Below are positions 57,899-64,000 of a stretch of DNA of 64,000 nucleotides, one piece after another; position 1 is the first letter of the stretch, and the number at the start of each line of letters is the position of its first letter. Below the pieces are notes generated by a model. That model did not search any database and had not been told where the DNA came from. It worked only from the letters and a program-made list of their open reading frames with translations. Origin of the DNA: Eubacteriales bacterium (GTDB lineage Bacteria; Bacillota; Clostridia; Oscillospirales; QAKW01); contig JAZQET010000002.1 of assembly GCA_045539135.1 (NCBI GenBank), forward strand, positions 593 through 64,592. The letters run 5' to 3'. Made by a program: the position numbers and the translations under genes.

Positions 57899-57937
57899 GG
57901 AGCGTGATTATTTATGCTCGCTCTACGATCATTGAGT

Positions 57938-58609
57938 TCACTCTTCTTTAGAGGACTCTGCGCCCACAGCGGCGGCTTCTTTTTCTGCCTGCGCGGCTTT
58001 CAGGGCTTCCAGCTCCGCCAGAAGAGCATCGGTATCTTGCTTGCTTGCCTTTTCAAAAGCCTTACGGCGGAGAATATCATAGCCAATCAACAGCAACAAG
58101 GGAACCACCACGCAAACGATCAAACCGTGGGTGGTTTGCATAAACATGGCAACGCTGCCCATTGCAGGGATCCGCATTTGATAAACGCCGATCAAATTCT
58201 CGGCAGGAACCGGCATTTCATCGGGAGCATTATTGGCATCACCTTGAGTGATGAATGCAAGCGCACCCTCCACCTCGGTGATCTCCATCACTCTATGGGT
58301 AACCACCGCATCGGTCTTACTGGCGGGGTCATAGAAGGTGATCACATCTTTAACTGCCACATCATCGGCATCTATGCTCTTGGTGATGATCAGGTCGCCG
58401 CTCTTGATCTGGGGATACATAGAATCGGTCAACACGATCATGGGCGCATAGCCGTTAATGGAAGGAACGCTGTCGGGATTTACATAGCTCTTCACAATAA
58501 GAGTTACATTCATCGCCAGCATAGGGATCAAAATCACACAAAGGATGATGCCCACAACGGTCCATACCTTATGCATGGCAGAGGTCTTTTTCTTTTGTTT
58601 TACATCCAT
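57938..58609 (-). CDS. Signal peptidase I, ER/archaeal type (SipW-like), copy 1
   Basis: ATG 58609 follows GGAGAG. Ser box VLTDSMYP, His box VVTHRV, and GDANNAPD. A C-terminal TM plus an Ala/Glu-rich tail ending SSKEE. Confidence 0.85.
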   Translation of the reverse strand: MDVKQKKKTSAMHKVWTVVGIILCVILIPMLAMNVTLIVKSYVNPDSVPSINGYAPMIVLTDSMYPQIKSGDLIITKSIDADDVAVKDVITFYDPASKTDAVVTHRVMEITEVEGALAFITQGDANNAPDEMPVPAENLIGVYQMRIPAMGSVAMFMQTTHGLIVCVVVPLLLLIGYDILRRKAFEKASKQDTDALLAELEALKAAQAEKEAAAVGAESSKEE

Positions 58610-58810
58610 CTTCTTCTCTCCTACGAAAACTTTTTTGCCGATAAAGGGAACATTCTCCTTATAAACTAAGGAGAATGAAAAAGGGTACCCTTTTTCGCGC
58701 AAAGACTTTAATACATAATAATGTTAACATATTGTTTTTATTTTTGCAAGGGGACTTGTGATATTTTCCAAAACATTTTGTAAGTGTTCACTAACATTTG
58801 ATAATTTTCA

Positions 58811-58854
58811 ACAAAAAGCAATTACCGAAAGGGGGAAAACCCTTTCGGTAATTG
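58811..58854 (-). terminator. Intrinsic terminator of the AGCS gene
   Basis: 15-bp stem caattaccgaaaggg/ccctttcggtaattg, then ctttttgt on the minus strand. Confidence 0.8.
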
Positions 58855-58878
58855 GTTATATTGCTGAAAGCAGGAATA

Positions 58879-60414
58879 TTAAAGGATCACGTCCTCATCG
58901 GCACTTGCCTCGGCCTGCGCCTGAATATCCTCAAAATAGGAATACATCGGCTTTACATCCTTCTTTTTCAGCTTGCGATCCACATAATTGCGGGTGATCT
59001 TAAAGACCAAGGGACTTAAGAGCACCACTGCGATCAGGTTGGGGATCATCATCAGACCGTTGAAGGTATCGGAGATATCCCAAGCCAGAGAAGAGGTCAT
59101 CAGCGCACCGCTGACGATAAGGCAAACAAAGAAGACCTTATAGAACTTCACTGCTTTTTCACCGAAAAGATATTCCACCGCCTTGGAACCGTATTGAGAC
59201 CAGCCCAGCACGGTGGTGAAGGCGAAGAGCAACATTGCAACAGCGATAAACCATTCGCCTGCCTGACCGAACACCTGACCGAAAGCTTTCCCGATAAGGG
59301 TAGCATCATTGGTACCTGCGGCAACTACACCCGTTTCCAGATCGATCACACCGGAGGTGAGAGCCACCAAGGCGGTCATGGTACAAACTACCATGGTATC
59401 GAAGAACACCTCGAAGATGCCCCACATACCCTGCTTCACAGGCTCCTTCACATTGGAAGAAGAATGGACCATCACCGAAGAACCAAGACCTGCCTCGTTG
59501 GAGAAAACACCACGCTTACAGCCCTGCACGATCACCAGCTTCAATGCCGCACCGGTCACACCGCCTGCCAGAGCTTTCACACCGAAAGCGTGCTTAAAGA
59601 TGGAAGCAAAAGCAGGAAGAATCATATCATAATGGAAGCCCACAACGACCAAGCCCAAAATAATATAAGCCACCGCCATAAAAGGAACGATCCGCTCAGC
59701 AACAGATGCAATTCTCTGCAGACCGCCGATGATGATCAGACCGCCCAAAACCAACAGCACCAAGCCGATGATCAGGTTGATCATATTCACGCTGCCTACC
59801 GTCCAATCCACATTGGAGAAGAAAGCGCTTTCCATATTCAAAACGATCTTATTGACCTGACCCATATTTCCGATACCGAAAGAGGCCAGAATGGCAAAGA
59901 TGGCAAAGAGCACAGCCAAAACGGCGGCAGGCCATTTCATACCCTTCATTTTGCCCACACCGTCTTTTAAGTAATACATCGCACCGCCGGACCATTCTCC
60001 GTCTTTATTCTTGCGGCGGAAGAAGATGCCCAACACATTTTCAGAGAAATTGGTCATCATTCCCAAGAATGCGGCGATCCACATCCACAGCACGGCGCCG
60101 GGGCCGCCGATACAGATCGCAGCGGCCACACCGGCGATGTTGCCGGTACCGACCGTTGCCGCCAAGGCAGTGCAAAGAGCCTGAAACTGGGAGATGGATT
60201 TCTTGTCGGTCTTTTTATTGGCAGTACTGCCCTTTTTGAACATACCGCCGATGGTAGCCTTCCACCAATGACCCAAATGGGTGAGCTGGAACACGCCGGT
60301 CACCAAGGTCATCACCACACCTGCCGCCAACAGCAGGTACAGACCGAAATCGGTCCAGACCCAAGTGTTGATCACACCGTTGATCTCTGTTACTTTTTCC
60401 AAAAATGCATTCAC
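58879..60414 (-). CDS. Alanine/glycine:cation symporter (AGCS family)
   Basis: 511 aa. GTGNIAGVA and GGPGAVLWMWIAAFLGM blocks typical of sodium:alanine symporters. A glycine riboswitch lies upstream. Confidence 0.9.
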   Translation of the reverse strand: MNAFLEKVTEINGVINTWVWTDFGLYLLLAAGVVMTLVTGVFQLTHLGHWWKATIGGMFKKGSTANKKTDKKSISQFQALCTALAATVGTGNIAGVAAAICIGGPGAVLWMWIAAFLGMMTNFSENVLGIFFRRKNKDGEWSGGAMYYLKDGVGKMKGMKWPAAVLAVLFAIFAILASFGIGNMGQVNKIVLNMESAFFSNVDWTVGSVNMINLIIGLVLLVLGGLIIIGGLQRIASVAERIVPFMAVAYIILGLVVVGFHYDMILPAFASIFKHAFGVKALAGGVTGAALKLVIVQGCKRGVFSNEAGLGSSVMVHSSSNVKEPVKQGMWGIFEVFFDTMVVCTMTALVALTSGVIDLETGVVAAGTNDATLIGKAFGQVFGQAGEWFIAVAMLLFAFTTVLGWSQYGSKAVEYLFGEKAVKFYKVFFVCLIVSGALMTSSLAWDISDTFNGLMMIPNLIAVVLLSPLVFKITRNYVDRKLKKKDVKPMYSYFEDIQAQAEASADEDVIL

Positions 60415-60442
60415 GATTTATATTCCTCCTAAAATAATATGC

Positions 60443-60476
60443 AAAAAACAGACCGCGGACAAATACCACGGTCTGT
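60443..60476 (-). terminator. Riboswitch expression-platform terminator
   Basis: On the minus strand: aacagaccgtgg tatttgt ccgcggtctgtt followed by tttttt. Confidence 0.75.
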
Positions 60477-60490
60477 TAATACCACTGATG

Positions 60491-60567
60491 CTTTGTCCTT
60501 TTGCCTGAGAGTTTCGCGCACCTTGCGCTTGCCCCTTCGGCACCCAATTAAATGGGATTCTCCAAAG
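60491..60567 (-). promoter_or_regulatory. Glycine riboswitch, single aptamer
   Basis: The minus-strand RNA reads ctttGGAGAAtccc...gggtGCCGAAGGGGCAAgcgc...gcgcgAAACTCTCAGGCAAAAGGACAaag. This matches the conserved GGAGA / CCGAAGGGGCAA / CUCUCAGGCAAAAGGAC core, with P1 ctttg/caaag. Confidence 0.8.
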
Positions 60568-60627
60568 TTCTATCCCCTCGCAGTCTTCCTGCAAGGTTCA
60601 CATAGATATTCTGTTTTAATAGACATC

Positions 60628-60656
60628 AGTTTAGCACACTAAAATGAAAAAGTCAA
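60628..60656 (-). promoter_or_regulatory. Sigma70-type promoter for the riboswitch-AGCS transcript
   Basis: On the minus strand: TTGACT, 17-nt spacer, TAAACT. Confidence 0.55.
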
Positions 60657-60696
60657 GCATATTTTTACATTATTATAAAATAGAAGAAAAAAGCAG

Positions 60697-60940
60697 GAAA
60701 TTGTCAAAAAAGATCCACGGTTTCTGTTGAAGCGAGAGATTTTTTCGCAAGGCTTCGTCTGTCGCACGCAGACATATACCGATATTTCAAGGGCGGTGGG
60801 TGAAGAAATTTGCAAAAAAGATCCGCAATGCTCTGTTGAAGCGAGAGATTTTTTCGCAAGGCTTTGCCTGTCGCACGCAGACATATACCGATATTTCAAG
60901 GGCGACAGGCAAAGAAATTGCGGAAAAAGATCCGCTTCAA
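60697..60940 (+). repeat. Tandem repeat with a 108-109-bp period, about 2.3 copies, each full unit holding a 13-bp stem
   Basis: Units start near 60697, 60805 and 60914 (the last is partial). Stems are 60753-60765/60793-60805 and 60862-60874/60902-60914. The 27-nt loops are identical. Confidence 0.8.
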
Positions 60941-61773
60941 CCTTTGACGGCGCCGGAGATGACACCTTTTATAATATGCTTTTGACCGATGACATAAAAG
61001 ATGATCACCGGCAGTACCGCCAAGACAAGGAGTGCCATAAAGGCGCCGTAGTCCACCGAGCCGTAGCTATCGGTCATGGCGGATTGGATGGCCATGGGGA
61101 TGGTATAATAGCCTTGGGTCTTATCCAGCACCAGGGTGGGGAGCAGGTAATCGTTCCAGATCCACATAGCTTGCAGGATGGCGACCGAGATATAGGTGGG
61201 CTTCATCATGGGGAGCACCACCCAAAAGAAGGTGGAGAGGGGGTTGCAGCCGTCGATCATCGCCGCCTCTTCCACCGAGATGGGGATGGATTTCACAAAG
61301 CCTGTGAACATAAAGACCGAAAGCCCCGCCCCGAAGCCCAGATAGACCAAGGGGATGGACCAAGGGGCGGTGAGCCCCAGCCGATCCGCCACAAAGGGCA
61401 GGGTAAACATCACCATCTGAAAGGGCACCACCATAGAAAAGACAAAGAGATAATAGATGCCGCGGCAGAGCCTGCCCCCTACCCGTGCAAGAAACCAAGC
61501 GCACATGGAGGTGCAAAGAAGGATCAACAGCACCGAGAGGACGGTCACCACAAAGCTATAGCCGATACTGCGAAAAAAGTCGATGGAGGTAATGCCCCGC
61601 AGATAATTGGCAAAGCCTGCAAAGGTCTCCTTGGTGGGGAGCCTGAACACTTGGGCGGTGATGGCTTGCTTTTCCTTAAAGGAATTGATCAGCAACACCG
61701 CCAAGGGAAAAAGATACGCCACCGAAACCACCGCAAAGAGGGCGGTCAGCCAATAATTTTTTTGCTTTCTCAA
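60937..61773 (-). CDS. Carbohydrate ABC transporter permease (MalG/CUT1-type)
   Basis: Six TM helices and an EAA-like loop (VEEAAMIDGCNPLSTF). The likely start is TTG 61773, after AGGAGG and overlapping the upstream stop. The track ORF starts at TTG 61803. Confidence 0.85.
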   Translation of the reverse strand: MRKQKNYWLTALFAVVSVAYLFPLAVLLINSFKEKQAITAQVFRLPTKETFAGFANYLRGITSIDFFRSIGYSFVVTVLSVLLILLCTSMCAWFLARVGGRLCRGIYYLFVFSMVVPFQMVMFTLPFVADRLGLTAPWSIPLVYLGFGAGLSVFMFTGFVKSIPISVEEAAMIDGCNPLSTFFWVVLPMMKPTYISVAILQAMWIWNDYLLPTLVLDKTQGYYTIPMAIQSAMTDSYGSVDYGAFMALLVLAVLPVIIFYVIGQKHIIKGVISGAVKG

Positions 61774-62621
61774 TGCTGAACCTCCTTTCGGTGGGTCGCC
61801 CAAAGCTGCAACAGAGCAATGGCCGCCACCAAAACAAAGAAGACCACCGCCATGGCTTGGGCGGTACCGTGGGTCACGGGCGAGGTGCCGTAGGTGTTTC
61901 GAATGGTCAGCGCCAGCATTTCGGTCATACGGAAGGGCTTGCCGTCGGTGAGTGCCAAATTCTGATCGAAAAGTTTAAAGGAATTGGTAAGGGTCAGGAA
62001 CGTACAGATGGTGACGGCGGGCATCACCATCGGCAGGGTGACATTCTTGAGGGTCTGCCACCGCCCTGCGCCGTCCATTTTGGCGGCCTCCACCAATTCC
62101 TCGGGCACCGCCTGCAAGCCTGAAATATAAATGATCATCATATACCCGATTTGTTGCCACGCCACCACCAAAACCAAGCCCCAAAAGCCATATTGGGTGC
62201 TATAGCTCAAGTCCTTCCCGAAGAGGGGGATCAGCACCCCATAGTTTAAGATCATCTTCCAGATATAGCCCAGCACGATCCCGCCGATCAGGTTGGGCAT
62301 AAAAAAGACGGTACGAAAGAAATTGGTGCCGCGGATCCCGCGGGTCAGTCCCAGCGCCACCGCAAAGGCGATAACATTGGTGAGCACCACCGAAACCACG
62401 GTAAAAAGCGCGGTGAAGCCAAAGGAATACCAAAAGTTGCTCTCGGCGGTAAAGACCCGCAGGTAATTTTCAAGACCCACAAATTCCGCATTGGCAATGG
62501 TTCCGTATCGGCAAAAGGAAAGATACAGACCCATCAAAAAGGGCACCACAAACCCGATGACAAAGGCGACCAAGGTGGGCAGTAAAAAGAGGGGGAACCA
62601 CCTTTTTAATGTGTTATTCAT
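61770..62621 (-). CDS. Carbohydrate ABC transporter permease (MalF/CUT1-type)
   Basis: EAA loop LVEAAKMDGAGRWQTLKNVTLP; six TM helices. Confidence 0.85.
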   Translation of the reverse strand: MNNTLKRWFPLFLLPTLVAFVIGFVVPFLMGLYLSFCRYGTIANAEFVGLENYLRVFTAESNFWYSFGFTALFTVVSVVLTNVIAFAVALGLTRGIRGTNFFRTVFFMPNLIGGIVLGYIWKMILNYGVLIPLFGKDLSYSTQYGFWGLVLVVAWQQIGYMMIIYISGLQAVPEELVEAAKMDGAGRWQTLKNVTLPMVMPAVTICTFLTLTNSFKLFDQNLALTDGKPFRMTEMLALTIRNTYGTSPVTHGTAQAMAVVFFVLVAAIALLQLWATHRKEVQH

Positions 62622-63940
62622 TTTCCGTTCACGGTGTTATAGAGCGACTTCCAGCCGTCCACAAACGCCTCTTTCATTTTTCCCCAAAGCTCATCGGTCA
62701 TTCCGCCCTGCGCATAAGCAAGCAGAACCGAGCCGACCCCATCCTTCCATTGATCGCCGGGGATGGTGGAAAAGCTCCAAGCCACAGGATCCTTTCCCGC
62801 CTCCAAATAGCTTTCTGCTTCCTTGATCAGGGGGTTGGTGGAATCTTGTGCCTTCTCGAAGGGGATCACAAAGCCCATATCCTCTGCCATCATTTTGGTG
62901 CCGGTCTCGGAGGTCACGATCCAATTCAAAAAGGCGAGGGTAGCCTGAATATCCTCTTCGCTTGCCTGCTTATTCACGCACCAATAGTTTTCACTGCCGG
63001 TGCAAAGACCCTGATCCTCCTCCCCTTCTGCGCCGATATAAATAGGAAGCATTCCCACATTCTCGGCGCCGATCTTCTCTTCCATAGTCTCGTCCCATGC
63101 CCAAGTGCCGTTTTGATAAAAGACCGCCTGCCCGTTCACAAACTCATTCTTGGCATCGTCCTGCGTTTTGGCGCCGATCTCGGCAGGGGCACAGGTGGCA
63201 TTATTCAAATAGAGATCCCAGACCTTGCGGTACTGATCCAGATAGGTTCCTTTGATCTCGGAGGCAGTGTCCACATCGTTGTCCATATATTCATAATAAA
63301 TAGGAAGATTTGCAAGGTGGGTCTTAAACCGCCAATCGGAAGAGGAGTCCATTCCCGAAGAGGTAAATGCGCCTGCAATGCCCAGCGTCTCTTTCTTGCT
63401 TTGAATGTCGGTCACCAGCGTGGAAAAGGAATCAAAGTTATTCACCTGCTGTAAAGAGGTGATCTTGGCATCGGGCAAGGCAAAATAACGATCCAAAATA
63501 GATTTGTTGTAAATGATTCCGTAGGTCTCCAATACATAGGCGATGCCATAGACCATATCGTCTTTTTTCAGGGCAAAATCTTCATCGGTCAACTGGCTGT
63601 AGACCGCCGATTGGGAAAGATCATAGCAATAGTCCTTCCAGCTTGCAAGACCCACAGGTCCGTTCACCTGAAATAAGGTGGGCGGGTTGCTTTTCACGAT
63701 CTCTGCCGCCAAGGTGTCTTCATAACTGCCCGATGCGGCGGTCACCACCGTGACGGGCACGCCCGTCTCCTCGGTATAAGCCTTGGCAAGTACCTTCCAT
63801 TGGGCATCCTGCTCCGGCTTGAAATTCAAAAAATAAACCGAGCCTACCCCGTCGTCTTTCATACGGTTACAGCCGCTCAAAAGTGTCCCGCAGCCCAAAA
63901 GCAACGCAATCAGGCATAGAATAGATACAATTCGTTTCAT
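62618..63940 (-). CDS. ABC transporter extracellular solute-binding lipoprotein (sugar, CUT1)
   Basis: ATG 63940 follows GGAGGA. Lipobox LLSGC. SBP family 1-like body. 4-nt overlap with the permease gene. Confidence 0.85.
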   Translation of the reverse strand: MKRIVSILCLIALLLGCGTLLSGCNRMKDDGVGSVYFLNFKPEQDAQWKVLAKAYTEETGVPVTVVTAASGSYEDTLAAEIVKSNPPTLFQVNGPVGLASWKDYCYDLSQSAVYSQLTDEDFALKKDDMVYGIAYVLETYGIIYNKSILDRYFALPDAKITSLQQVNNFDSFSTLVTDIQSKKETLGIAGAFTSSGMDSSSDWRFKTHLANLPIYYEYMDNDVDTASEIKGTYLDQYRKVWDLYLNNATCAPAEIGAKTQDDAKNEFVNGQAVFYQNGTWAWDETMEEKIGAENVGMLPIYIGAEGEEDQGLCTGSENYWCVNKQASEEDIQATLAFLNWIVTSETGTKMMAEDMGFVIPFEKAQDSTNPLIKEAESYLEAGKDPVAWSFSTIPGDQWKDGVGSVLLAYAQGGMTDELWGKMKEAFVDGWKSLYNTVNGK

Positions 63941-64000
63941 ATTGATTCCTCCAATTGTCATTTGCTTCTATTTTGGGTTCTTTTCAGGAAGAATATACAA

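Noticed and set aside
60727-61779. 350-aa plus-strand ORF, and the 61-aa ORF at 60800-60985, starting in the 109-bp tandem repeat and giving repeated KREIFSQGF.CRTQTYTDISRA peptides
   Set aside because: There is no RBS. Most of the long ORF is antisense to a bona fide ABC permease. The substitution pattern between the repeat units fits RNA-stem conservation better than protein conservation.
1-64000. Search for tRNA, rRNA, transposase, integrase or prophage genes
   Set aside because: None of the intergenic regions contains a tRNA-like cloverleaf or T-loop sequence. No ORF shows DDE transposase, recombinase or phage structural motifs. The accessory regions here appear to be single-gene or operon-level insertions, not recognisable mobile elements.

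Overview
This looks like a chromosomal segment from a Firmicutes/Clostridia-type anaerobe. That placement is an inference from gene content: a T-box leader on pheST, a glycine riboswitch on an AGCS symporter, AdhE, PflB/PflA, GlpK, GdhA, Alr, Nnr, UppP and MscL. I support about 53 CDS, two cis-regulatory RNAs, several sigma70-like promoters and many intrinsic terminators. I saw no rRNA, tRNA, CRISPR array, transposase or integrase. Most of the window is housekeeping or central metabolism, with small accessory cassettes: a GH39/esterase/deacetylase group, an AraC-linked dehydrogenase operon, an M20 peptidase with two unknown membrane proteins, and a sugar ABC importer. The stand-out is a roughly 16-kb minus-strand locus at 42620-58702. 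It holds two SipW-type (ER/archaeal-type) signal peptidases, four small secreted proteins with TasA/camelysin-like signal-peptide ends, and a 3636-aa protein made largely of degenerate Y/F-GGG repeats. I propose it is a dedicated fibre/adhesin secretion-assembly system of a kind I do not recognise as described. Three hairpin-rich non-coding regions lie within or beside it: an inverted-repeat-bracketed leader, a motif-plus-hairpin array, and a 109-bp tandem repeat whose stem is kept by strand-specific wobble and compensatory changes. Other items worth a second look are a transmembrane TIR protein with an external Ig-like domain, an AT-rich single-gene GIY-YIG/T5orf172 islet, an alanine racemase fused to a membrane module that recurs in the next gene, and a dispersed roughly 80-nt structured repeat with compensatory changes. 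All homology calls come from motif recognition by eye. No database search was run.
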